64,000 nucleotides of DNA, taken from positions 3,038,480-3,102,479 of the forward strand of contig OZ316898.1 in NCBI GenBank assembly GCA_973895155.1, written 5' to 3'. This DNA is from Marsupella aquatica. Its lineage: Eukaryota; Plantae; Marchantiophyta. Positions 29,861 to 42,488 of the stretch are shown one piece after another. The number at the start of each line of letters is the position of its first letter. Positions within the stretch are counted from its first letter, which is position 1. The notes below the pieces were generated by a model that made no database searches, was not told the DNA's origin, and was given only the letters and a program-made list of their open reading frames with translations. The position numbers and the translations under genes are program-made.

Positions 29861-31087
29861 TTATAGCTCCTCCACAACCTGCTGAGTGATGCCCAGTTTC
29901 ACTAACATCTTGTTCAAGGCGTCTGGCGAAGTAACCTTGTAGGTTACTTCTCCTTCTGGCGTTAGGCTGACTTCAGCAAGCTCTAGCTTCTCAGCTGATA
30001 AACTGGTACTGTCCATCGTTTTGCTTAGCACTTTCAAGGCTAGCTGCACAGCCTCCTCTCTAGTAATGTCATCCTTGTAGTCCTGCTTCAGCATAGATTG
30101 TGCTGCCTGATTATTAGCTCCAATAGCACCAGCCTTCCGTCCTCCGTAGTTTCCACTAGGATCACTCATATAGAGCTGAAACCCGAACTTTCTATCATAA
30201 CCTGCAAATAGAAATGACACTCCAAAAGGCCGAAGACCACCAAACTGCGTATATCCTTGCTTTGTGTCACACAATGACTGCACTAATTGCTCGACGGGCA
30301 TCGGCTCTTGGTACGACAACGTGTATCTGCAGATGCATTAGCAACGAGCCCAATTCACACAAGGTCATTTCAACTCATAAATGAAAGCATGTATATCTCG
30401 AGCCGGAAAAGTTGAACAATTTGCTCAAGCGCATGAAGAATGGTAACAGTAGCCAAATTGGAATTTGAAAACAGATAGACATAATGAATCTAAAATCCAG
30501 AGGACCATGCGTCGAAAAACTGGCGAGAGACTTCAGAATCCGGGTTAGCATGGGACAAAACTGGTTACCAATGCCAGTAAACCCTAAACCAGCACAAAGT
30601 CCTCCGCATAACGTAAACGCTTCAATCCTTCAATTGCTCTCCCTCAACAGCATTAAACCCTATTCATGACCTAAAAACTAAGACACATTTTTCCGTTTGG
30701 TCTCGACTCGGAGACTGACCATAGATCTTTAAGGCCAAGCTGAAAATTTACGGAATTGAAACAAAAACGGGTATGGGACGGTGGTTAGAGTATCACAAAC
30801 CTCTGTGCTTGCAGTCTAGCGGTGTTGATGAGGATGTTCGCATCAGCCATGATCCCAGCCACAGCGCAGGCCACATGGTCATCGATCTTGTACATCTTCT
30901 CCGTCGACTTGGACGTGGCCAAGAGCTTCGAAATCACCCGCTTCTCAGCAGCCAGGACGACCCCGTCCTTGGCCAGCACTCCGATGGCAGCGCCGGCGTT
31001 GCTGATGGCCTCCATGGCATACTCGACTTGGTATAGCCGGCCCTCGGGCGAGAAAATGGTCGTTCTGCTGTCATACCGTCTAGACAT
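29861..31087 (-). CDS. PAC1: 20S proteasome subunit alpha type-4 (alpha3), 2 exons, 250 aa
   Basis: [50 protein letters not shown]. Exons 31087-30801 and 30326-29861 with a phase-2 GT-AG intron total 753 nt. Confidence 0.95.
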
Positions 31088-31267
31088 TTTCTTCGATCAC
31101 TCGGAAATCGAATTGGATTGCTGAAGCTGTCGGCCGAGATCGAATTGCGCGTCTTCTCGAGCAGCGCAGATGGGCGCAGACGGGACCAAAGGGAAGGTAG
31201 GAAGGGAGGCAAGACACAGAGCAAGAGCGATGGCGACCACCGTGAGAGAGGAAGCTTGCGAAGGTCT

Positions 31268-31950
31268 TGTTCTCGACGCACAACAAAGGAAGATTACTCC
31301 AGTACGCGAAGCATCGGCTTGAAGGCTCAGGAATGCCTGACAGTTACAGTAAGGTGTTTACAGACTGCCGTCCCGTAAAGTACATATGTAAAACAGGCGT
31401 AAAGTGTATGTAACTGTATGACAATTACACACAAAACTGTGTACCATTGGGAAAATGGTATGTAAATGATGATATTACATGTTGTGTAATGACACACTAG
31501 GTCTTCTCGACGCACAACAAAGGAAGATTACTCCAGTACGCTAAGGATCAGCTTGTTCGCTAAGGAATGCCTTACAGTTACAGTAGGTGCTTATAGACTG
31601 TAGTCCCTTAAAGTAGATATGTAACACAGGCATAAAGTGTATGTAAATGTATGACAATTACACACAAAGCTGTGTAATATTGGGAAAATGGTACGTAAAT
31701 GATGATATTGCATGTTGTGTAATGACACACTAGGTCTTCTCGACGCACAACAAAGGAAGATTACTCCAGTACGCGAAGGATCAGCTTGTTCGCTAAGGAA
31801 TGCCTTACAGTGACAGTAGGTGCTTATAGACTGTAGTCCCTTAAAAGTACATATGTAAAACAGGCATAAAGTGTATGTAAATGTACGTGTACCATTGGGA
31901 AAATGGTATGTAAACGATGATATTTACAGGTTGTGTAATGACACACCAGG
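31268..31950. repeat. Three tandem copies of a ~233-bp unit containing the PAC1 upstream/promoter segment
   Basis: ttctcgacgcacaacaaag..gattactccagtacgc...aatgacacac(t/c)ag repeats at ~31268-31500, 31501-31733 and 31734-31950; the third copy has an internal deletion. Confidence 0.93.
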
Positions 31951-34352
31951 TCTGTGACCCTATAGAGATTGGTCACACGAAGACTGAATCAATTTTATTG
32001 TCTACCTCAATACACATGTGTGCAATGAGGTGCCACTGTTGGACTCCACTTTGTTCAATAGAAAAATACAGTAGACCTATCAGAGTTACATGTAAAACTG
32101 TGTTATCTTATGTGTACGGCTGGGAATTGACATGTAAACTAAAAGATTTACATTTTGTGTAAATTACTTGTACCATGCATGTTAGTTGGGTGATTACATA
32201 TTGTAAAATACATTGACTTTTGTAACAATCTATACTACCCCTACTGCTGTGTACTGTAGCAACTGGTGTAACTTGTAGGGTGCATTAACTTTTTCAGGGG
32301 CATAAGTTTTCATGGGCACCTCTTGTTGACAAAGCACTGGCACTTGAACTCCTTAAACATAGCAAGGAAGTGAGCAGGATTGCATGGGCTGTGGGAGGAA
32401 ACAGGATTGTATATGGATAGTTTTACTAGGGCGTCTCAAATACGGTCATTTTTTATGCATGACGAAGCCTGGGAGTGTTGTGGGCCGGGGCAGCAGGAAG
32501 GACTGGTTGGGCACCTAATGTCGGTGAGTCCCGACCAGTCACACCCAAGAGTCATGACCAGAACGGAGGGCCCGGCTGCTACGAGGAAGAGGACTCGAGT
32601 TCAGAGTAGTCATCAACTCAGGTTGTCATTCACAGACAGTGGCTCGACCCCTCTCAAATCTGACTGCCCCAAAAGATCACGGCCCGGTTGTACCAAGTTT
32701 CGGTGCGCCCAAGCACATTGCGTGGTGCCCGTGAGGTAGGTTTTTGCTTTCAATATTTTAGGTTTTTGTTTTCAATATTTGAGACGCCCTACTACAACTG
32801 CAAATCTTTGGACACTTTAATGACTCCATCTTATCGAGTTCATTGCCTTTCCCTTATCACTTGTACAGTAGGTTGTCCTCGATGGGCTTGAAAGGGGCTT
32901 TCCTCTTTGTTCACATGAGAGAAAATGGCCATTGATGCACTCACTTGGTGACACTTGGAATGATTAGGCCACAATAATATCAGTCAGTACAACTAGTTTC
33001 ACAAACTCTGCAACAAGTTGCTTAAACTCCCTATCACAAGTTAAAAGACCAATGCCAATGGCATCTTCAGGCTCGCCCAAGGACCCACAAATAATTATAG
33101 CTAAATGAGGGGATTGCAGGTTGCACAAAAGACTAGTCGTGCTCCTTCTCCGGGGTAGAAATCACAAGCCGCCCTCCTCTTATAGCTTCCCATAATAGGC
33201 AGGCAAAAAAAACCAAAAGTTATTTTGGACCTTGCAGCATCATGGACTCTTGGAAGGGTTAAGTGTGTGATCTCTGCTCTCACATATTGCTGGTTGCATG
33301 AAACCACATGGACAAGCCTCATGCCCTCTTCACCAGCACGTGATAAGTGATCTTGAAAAAACTACATCTACAAGACAAGCCAGTCAAATTAACTACATTC
33401 ATTCCAATAGCCACAGCAAGTGAGTAGGAGACGCTTTCTATCCTGGGTCATTCCTAAGATCAGTGGAAGCAACTTCTGTGTAATACAATGAAAATTGGAG
33501 CTTCCCCAATCCTCCTCCGACAAAAACAGATGGATCTCGATTTCATGCTTGAGCATCCCACAGAAACATATCGATTTCGATTCATGCCTGAGCATCGTTA
33601 AGCTTTTGTGGATCATAAATCTTATCCATCCTTCCAAAAAACTAGATTCTACGTTTACACTTTGTAAAACTCGGTTGGACTGATTGCCGTCTGTTTATCT
33701 CTTGTGCTTCAAAACACTCGAGAAACGCAAATCGACAACTACCCAGAACCAGTAACTAAATCTAGATAGTTGGCCACTCTCGAAATTTCAGTGTGCAAAA
33801 CAAGCACCACCTCCACTGGAGCGCTTAAAGAATATGACACTGCCAAAACACCAATCAGGGCAATGACAAATATCTAATTACACAGTTCAATCTTCGATGT
33901 CCAATTTACATCATCGGTTTATACTCTGCACACCTAGTATGGCGTGAGTCTCTCAGGCTCAACTCAGGAAACAGATCTAGATTGCCTTAGACCAACTTTC
34001 CAAACAGCCAACCAGCTTGGAGCCTGAAAATCGACACTGGAGAGCCTTCAACCAAACACAATCACGCAGATACATTAGTAATCAAGCACCCTTTGCTGTA
34101 AACATGACTCAGACCTGCTTTCTGCCGCCCCTGAATGATCTGCTCAGGTGCTTAGAGTAAAAGAAAAACGAACATGTTTGCAAAAGCTACTTAGTAAGCT
34201 TCCCACTGTTTTATTTAACAATAGCACTCCTAGTTGGGTGCCAGATTTTCTCCCCACGGGTATGGCAATCACATGTGCGGATAGCTCACCCGCCAATAAG
34301 GCTGGCATTGTTTGGAATGTTGTCACTCGCTAAGTTCGGACTCCTCCAGGGT

Positions 34353-36490
34353 CTACCGTCTGTATGGAACAGGCTCTTTTACCTCAGGAGGACCCTCAAG
34401 AACATCCCGTTGTAGCAGAGAAAGGAGAGCCTTGGTGACAGGACCGACTGTCCCTGCACGGCAAAGAGTTTACCAATTTTCTTTAAATACGATACTAGAC
34501 TTTTCTTTTTGAAGTATGCTTTACATCTAGACCGAGCGAGTGCTTTCGAAACAATGGAGTCTCAGCGGCAAATAGTTCTATGAGTTGGAATAGGCTGGTG
34601 AAGATGACTGTTATCCTAGATTCGACTGGAGAAAGAGAAACGAACGTGGACAATCTCAACACAGACTCAAAGGTACAGAAAAGTAAATACCTTTCCCAAT
34701 TGGCTGACCGTCCCATTCAAGAACTGGAACCACAAGGTAGCTGCTGACCACCAGCATCATCTCATCAGCGGCTTTGCCTTCCTCCACAGTGATTTTTGCT
34801 TCTTTGATACCCTTCAAAATACCATCGTTGGATCCTTGCTTTGGGATGAGCTGCTGCGCAAGAATAAGTAGCCTTTTTGCTGTGCAGCCAGACAGAATGT
34901 TGGCAAATGAAGGTAGCAATAACTCTCCTTTCCTAACAAAGGCAACGTTCATGTTGGCTGCCTCAGCAACAAAGCCTTCTTGGTCGAGCCAGATCCCTTG
35001 AAAGGCACCTTTCTCCTCCGCTTCCATCACAACATGAGCATTGGGCAAGTAGTTGGTGCTTTTCATAGTTGCAAACAGAGGAGGCTTGATGGGTATCGAA
35101 GATGTGATGACCTTGACTCCATCAACAGGTCCACGGTGTCTCTCCGTTATCACCACTGCATAGAATGATCCCCTCTCACATTCAGCAGGAGAGAGCCCAA
35201 ATCCACCAGGTCCAGCTGAGAGCCAGTACCGAAGCGTTCCTTCTTGACATCCAGAAACTGCAACTGTCTGCACTAGAATATCCCGTAAAACTGACCTTTG
35301 GAAAGGCGGTTTAAGTTTGGCTTTCGAGGCAGACCTCAGAAGACGATCCAAATGAGCATCCAGTTCATAGAGGTGGCTGCAAATCCATCCGGTACATTGA
35401 AAGGAAACACTTAGTTAGGGTTGGGACAAGTGAATTGGTGCTTCAATAATTAAAATCAACTAGTCTGTAAACTAGAGCGTACTCGACAAATCAGTCCATA
35501 AGCCAGTTAACACGTAATGTTTTCAACTAAGGCACCAAGGACCGAGAAATGATCCAGTGATAAGGTAACACACCCAGAGAAGATTGTGGCGGTGTCAAAA
35601 ACAGCATGCCCTCGATGAACCATGTGATCATCCAGTGGAACAATCATAGCAGCAGGATCTAAAGTAATTCCTCCAACCACACTAGAGTACATTGCTCCAT
35701 ATGGTTTTGCTTTACGGAGCGATAATTCCTGCAATCTGGTTGCCACCTGAAGTTCCAACAACGATCATGTACAAGCGCTCAGCGTTTTGTTAAGAATTTA
35801 GGGTCTACGGTTTAAACAAAAAGAATCTGAAGTTTCCACAAAACGAGCTTCTACCACAGAGCTGAAAACGTCATATACCTCTGCGAGAGAGAGCACAGGA
35901 ATGACGTCTGGCGATTGAGAGAGAAACTCCTCTTGCGAACGCTCAGGTGGTGCAGATATTTCCGCTGTTCGTCATTCCAAGGAGTCCATCTATTATCAAT
36001 ACCTTGAATTGACCACACTCTACTTCCTTCCACCGCTCCCCTCACATCTGTTTCAATTTATCACGTGGTTACTCTCTGTTTGTGAATGTATAAAGCAAAT
36101 GTCAAGGCCCAGCCAGAACTATCAGGCATGAATTAATTGATCCACCTATTCCACATTCAAGATCTTTCCAATGTATTTCATAAGGGATTGTGATGAGTTC
36201 TTCGCAGAGTATGTACAAATCAATGAGCGTGACTTGAAAGCATCAAATTCAAATGAACTCTACATGCTGCTGTCACCTGAAATAGATTTGTCCTTCGCCA
36301 CGGCGCTGGGCATCGCGAGCTTATTCATTCTTCCGGAGATCTGTGCCTCCCGCAAACGATCCAATTCAGAGCCGAAAGACGGAGAAGCTTTAACTGGGGA
36401 AACCGTCAGGAAGGATTTCGTTGCACCTAGCTGGGAGGATTGAGAATGGGCGCAAGTGGAAAGGCGGAGAGGCAGAGGGATCAAAGCCAT
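34353..36490 (-). CDS. Class IV PLP-dependent aminotransferase, plastid D-amino-acid transaminase / 4-amino-4-deoxychorismate lyase type, 6 exons
   Basis: AMYSSVVGGITLDPAAMIVPLDDHMVHRGHAVFDTA, HLYELDAHLDR, LRYWLSAGPGGF, MKSTNYLPN (PLP lysine), ILSGCTAKR. Exons 36490-36277, 36047-36003, 35907-35879 (29 nt), 35746-35574, 35376-34691, 34453-34353. Confidence 0.9.
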
Positions 36491-37895
36491 ATCGGGGTCT
36501 GAAGGCTCACAGAAGACTAACCGGATCGAGTCAAATGGGTCAGTCTTCAAAAGAAGATGAAAGAACGGGTGAGAAAATACTTGCACCTGTATTTGCTTGG
36601 ACTTCAAAGGACTGAATTATCCCTGGACTCTAACTGAATATAGTTGGAGGTTGAAACCGTCGTTCTTTGGACTGATTGCAGGCTCGGAAGGACAGCAAAT
36701 CCGAGCGTCTTTTCAATAATGCACGGACAGATCTGGATGCCGCACCAAGAGCAGCAACCTTTCATGTGATTGCACAGGAGAGGCTCGACGCGAGTCTGCT
36801 CAAACCCAGTTCGAAGGTCGTTTTAAACGAAACTTTGAAGGTCAATGCAGACTTGAACTCTATCTTTCAAATACGGGGGTTTGAGTTCCAGAAGCAGAAG
36901 CAATTGGTTTGTCAAGCACAGCGAGAGAACGAGACGCTTCGTGAATTCGTGATCACCGAACGCAATTCACGCAGTACGCAAGTCGTGGAGCTCCAGGAAA
37001 CGATGTGTGTAATCAAAGATGAGATGCACAGTTACGTCAAGATGTGAACAATGTACCTGCTATTTTCAAGGATGGTTTAGGATTTAGCGTTTAGGGCCAG
37101 CGATTGGTCAGTTATATCGCCATCAACTACGACTGGATAAATTTCGCGAGTGTCGTATCCAGCTTGAGTCCGCAACGCACTATATCAATCTGAAGACCCG
37201 TGAGAGTGAACAGTCGACGGCATACAACCCGTTGCTCGACGAAACTAGCAGTAAACTAGAGCAGAGAGCTGAAAAGATTCAGCAAGAGCTTTGCAAGGGA
37301 AAGGAAGGTCGTCACATATCCTACATCGATGGCTCGTCGGCGCCCTCTGTTTGGGAGTCGATGGCCAAAGGGACGTTCTCCACATTCAGTAGAGTTATCT
37401 AAATACCAAGATTCGAACAGGGTCAATCCCCTCTAGTCCAAATGGGTCTGGGGGCAAAGCAGGTCCAAGGTTATCCAATAGTGGGTAGTGCAGACTTCCA
37501 ACAGCTGACAGATAAAGACAGCCTCAGAAACAACCTTCCCCTACATTCGCCATCGTCCAGGGGTGGGTGAGAGGGTCGCTTGCGGTCGCCCAGGCCTACA
37601 GCAATTTACCCTCGATTCCAAACCCCTGCCATCGATCCGCCCATCTCTAATTTGTTCGAGCAGTCTCACGAATGCTCTATGAGGTAGGAGAGAATTTGTT
37701 GAAGGGCGAGACAAAACATTGCACACGGGAGTTGCAGAAGCGTGCATCGTGTCTCCTTCTTCACTCGAGATTAGTCGAGAGAATTATGCATTTGCTCGTG
37801 ACGGATTTGAGATTCATGCACTATGGTGTTTCTCTCTTTCCATTGATGGATCACTTTGAGATGGGTGCACTCTTCTCATCCTTTTTGGCTGAACT

Positions 37896-38322
37896 AAGTT
37901 CAGCTTTGTGGTGGGGGCCCAAAGTTCAGTTTTGTGGTGGGGGCCCAAAATGAGCCTAAACTCTTTTTCTGCTCATAAGTTTCTCCTCACACGATTCTCC
38001 GCACACTATTCTTCAAAATACAATGTACCCTTTCCAACACCCTTTAGTTTTTGTTGGTATAGAAGTATACATCATGAATGCCCGTCTTTGTAAAAAGGCA
38101 TTGTCTTATGAAGGGAAGTCCTCTTGGGGTTGGATTGTGTATTCACTGTACTTCATCAAAAGTTCAGCTTTGTTGTGGGGGCCCAAAATGAGGCTAAACT
38201 TTTTTTCTGCGCATACATTTTTGCGCATACGATTCTCCGCATACTATTCTCCAAAATACAATGTACCCTCTCCAACACCCTTTAGTTTTTGTTAGGTATA
38301 CAAGTATACATCATGAATGCCC
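37896..38322. repeat. Direct duplication of a ~162-bp unit separated by a ~72-bp F-box/kelch-derived spacer
   Basis: Copies at ~37921-38082 and ~38160-38322 (aagttcag.tt.gt.gtggggcccaaaatgag...catcatgaatgccc), plus a partial copy at 37896-37920. Spacer 38095-38166 matches 52393-52465. Confidence 0.88.
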
Positions 38323-40128
38323 CTCTTAGTGTATCCTATCATCAATGGCACCAATGCTACTCTATATTATCATCAATGGCTCCCTCATATTTTATTCTCT
38401 CCAATTTTTAATGTGTTTGTTCTTTGTTCTTTCTTTTTTAATTTCTTTTTCCTTTAAATTAAATGGGTAACCTGAGACACACTTTCCAAGGGACTGAATA
38501 AGAGGGGCAACTCTTTTTAAGGGACCTTTTTGTGTGGGAGCATTCCATTCTTTTTTCTTTCTTTTCTTTGGATGAAATGGGTCACCAGGAAGAGGGACGA
38601 CTCTTTTGAAGGGGCTGATAAGAGGGGAGGAATAATTGTTAAGAAATTAAGAAATCTTATTCTTCACCTGAAGAGTACCTACTCTTTTGAAGGGGCTAAG
38701 TAAGAGGGGAGGAATAAAAATGAGGAGACTTTTTGTGTTTCTATTTCTTCTTCATCTGTTTGTTTAGGAGAAATGATGGACATGGAACACATGGATGATC
38801 TCTTTTAGGACAAATGATGAACATAGAACACAATCATGGATGATTGCTTTTAAATCATTTTCTTTGTAGGGTGGACTATAGAGGATTAAGTGTATATATC
38901 TTAAAGGAGGGGAGGAATAAAAAGACAAAAAAATACATTTGTATTCTTTGGTGGGGATGGAGAAGGTTACCTTAAGGGGAGGGATAAAAAGGGTAAAGGA
39001 AATGTTTTTTTAATTGTTTAGATATTATGCTCTTTGCATCTTGGGGGTCTCACTATATGGATGCCTCCCATTCACATGCGACATTTATAGGCCTCGGACA
39101 CCCTAAAATGTAAGAAAATGTTTTTATTTTTCAACCCCTATAAAGTTGGAATATTCTACCCACATAGGCATGACTTTGTGGTAACTCACTTAAGTAATGA
39201 CTAATAGGTCTTGGGTTCAACTATTGTGACTGACTTTTCCCTTTCTGTGGGGTTTCAGAGATTTTCCTTAAATTTTTAATTTTTTTAAAATTTGAATATT
39301 CTAAAAATTTGGTTATAAGGACCCTAATATTCTTATAAGTCTCAAAATTTGATTTAAAAAACCCTATTGTTCTTCTCAGCAAATTCTTAAGTCTTCTCTT
39401 TGAACCAATAAAATGACCTATACTTTATCGCACGTGATGTGCATTTTTGTGGAAAATAAACCCCCAAGCTTTGCATAAGTTACTTTTAACCCTTTAGGGT
39501 GGGTGGGATGGAGGTTTAAGGGTATTTTAAGGGGAGAAATAAAAAAGATAAAAAGGGAGAGTTTTTTAAGTTTTATAAAACTTTTGTTCAAAATGGTCTT
39601 TGTTTTTATCCTTTTTCTTGCGAGAGGGGGCAAATATTTGAGGGAGTTTTTAATAAAATAACACATATGAAATGTCACTTGTCTATCCAACCATTTATAC
39701 GTAAAATTGTACTTTCCTTTGCATCAACTGTTGGTATCGTGTTACGGGGTCATGGAGGGACGCTATTTGGAGGATTCCCACACCTAAGGATGAGTATGTT
39801 TGATTCTGCTCCCACAAGTGTACTTTTTTATCAAGTCTACTGACTGGCCTCTACGTTTTTTATCAAGTCCTGGGCACTGGTCCTACATTCTACAACTAAT
39901 GGCCATCGGGTGAGTGATGTCATCACTCCCCCTTACATGGGCAATCATACAAACATTTTACAATAGGATTTTAACACTAGTAACCAGGGCAACCGCTTTC
40001 ACAACAAAGTCAACCACATGCACTAGGGGAGGAAAACAGGCAACACAAGAAGTAACAAGTGACACAAAATTTCTGAACTTCAAACCAAATCCATATCTCT
40101 TAGTGGTGTACGCAACACACGCAAGGAC

Positions 40129-40477
40129 TATTGAGCATAGACGACAATCGCAACGACAAGCCCATGAACCATCCGACGCACAAGAGTCGACACAAAGAGA
40201 TACATGGTTCACCTCCACATGAGGCTACGTCCACGGGAACACACATGAGCTTTACTGCACTCTAGGCCGATTGGCCATACCAAGCATCCACAGCGCAAAC
40301 TCTCTCTATCTCTCAACTAGCTTCGTAACAATGAGCCTGAGTTGAGTTCCCACTCTCCAAGCAAACACCGCTTGGTTATAGAGTGTGCATAGCATGACTA
40401 CCTAACCAAGTTTGCAACTAAGATTAACCTTAACTATGGTATAGTCGTAACTCTAGACCTAAGAGTAAATCCTAACA
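40129..40477 (-). repeat. 3' LTR of outer copia element
   Basis: Similar to 49871-50216 over its full length; next to the PPT. Confidence 0.92.
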
Positions 40478-42143
40478 ATCTCCCCCTTGACTCTAGTCTA
40501 AGGGAGGGTAAAGATTGCTACTAGTATGATTGCTTAGAGGGAAGTTCTGGAAAGAAAAGCCAAACAAATTTTTCCCTTTTTATACAAGAGTAGACCATAA
40601 CTAAGCCGTAGCCCCTGTCGTAGCCTATACAAGGAATGAGCAAGAGCATATCTCAGTATCTACACAAATGTTAAGTAACCCTACTTGTGAGGCAATTGCA
40701 AAACCTGCAATGCGTCACGGTGTCTAGAAAAACTCTCCAAAGGAATCACTTTGGTAAAAGCGTCAACCGGGTTGAGTTTACCGTCAATCTTGACTAGCTC
40801 AAATATATTATCAGACACAGCTTGCCTGATAAAATGCATGGTACCTAACGTCGATGTGCTTCACTTTGCTATCCATCACTTGGTTCACAGCAAGGTGGAG
40901 CACACTCTGACTATCACAATGGAGCTTCACATTCTCCTGTGGCAATCCCATCTTAGTGATCAGTCTATCCAACCAAATCGCTTCCTTTGTTGCTTTCGCT
41001 GCTGCAACATACTCTGCTTCAATAGTAGACTGAGCAATACACTTTTGCAAAGTAGACCTCCAACTTATGCATCCATCGTCAATTGTGAATTCAACACATA
41101 ACCTCTTGTTGACCTCCTCCGATCCAGATCCTGTGCATAGTCAGCATCTACTTGGCCATCAATGACCTAGCATTATCAGCATGTGCATCAAACAATAGAC
41201 CATGATCCATGGTACCCTTCAAGTACTGAATAATCCACTTCACTTCTTCTCAGTGTACCTTCCCTGGATTCGACATGTATTTGCTCACCTTGCCCATAGC
41301 CATGGCAAGATCAGGTCTAGTGCAAGTCATCAAATACATGAGACTCCCCACTGCCTTGTCATAAGAAACCTTTGACATCAGCCCCTTATCTGTCTCATCC
41401 GTAGGATAGAAAGCTAATGACAACTTGAAGTGTGGAGCCAACAGGGTACTTACTAGCTTGTTATCCCCCATGTTAAACCTTGCGATTACCTTCCTTGCAT
41501 AATTGCCCTACGTCAACCATAGCTTGTCAGCTTCCAAGTCCCTAGTGATCTCCATACCCAAAATCCTCTTAGCTAGCCCTAAGTCCTTCATCTTAAACTC
41601 TACACTAAGTAGTGCCTTGAGCTTAACAATCTCAGATCTATCCTTGGCCGCAATAAGCATGTCATCCACATAAAGTACTAAACATACTCCGTGACCATTC
41701 CAATAGTGTCTGATTGAGCCTCTCAGCGACACTATTCTGCTGCGGAGTATAAACTATGGTGAGATGGCGAGTTATCCCCTGTTCTGAACAATACTCTTCA
41801 AATTCCACTGAAGTATACTCCCCGTCGTTGTCTGACCTCAGACTCTTCACCCTTGTATCTAAACACTTGACCGTGTTTCCAATCTGATTCTCCACCTAGG
41901 TCTTCCACTTCTTAAAAATGGACAAGACATCAGACTTATGCATCATGAAATAAATTCATACAAATCTTGAGTAATCATCAATAAATGATATATAGTATAA
42001 CTTTTCAGAGTGTGAGGGAGTCGGGGATGGACCCCACACGTCACTATGTATGTACTCAAGAATCGCCTTGAAACGATGAGTTCCAACACCGAAAGCACAA
42101 CGATGCTGCTTTCCAAGAATACAAGGTTCACAAAACTCTAATT

Positions 42144-42488
42144 TGTTAGATATTGCTCTAGTCTTGTGACTCATGAGCTAACCACAGTTAGTCTAACTTG
42201 GATTAGGACTTAGCTAATGTTAGCGATAGTGCTGTTGTGCATATAGCCAGGGCTGATGCCAGACCCTGGTGGAACTTAGGCTCATTTGTTACGGAGCTAG
42301 TTGAGAGATAGGGAGAGCTTGTGATGTGGATGCTTGGTATGGCCGGTCGGCCTAGAGTGCAGTAAAGCTCTTGTGTGTTCTCGTGGACGTAGCCTCATGT
42401 GGAGGTGAACCACGTATCTCTCTCTGTCGACTCTTGTGCGTTGGATGGTTCATGGGCTTGCCGTTGCGAATGTCGTCTATGCTCAACA
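42144..42488 (+). repeat. 5' LTR of inner copia element
   Basis: Near-identical to 46428-46770. Confidence 0.95.

Noticed and set aside
30137-30139. C-to-U RNA editing site (CGG>UGG) in PAC1
   Set aside because: Plant C-to-U editing is organellar and this gene is nuclear; kept only as a substitution.
32880-33480. LINE (EGGL) or MULE SWIM-finger remnants
   Set aside because: Only isolated short motifs in different frames and in inconsistent order.
36676-37047. 123-aa coiled-coil-like ORF
   Set aside because: Non-ATG start, no recognisable domain and no supported exon structure.
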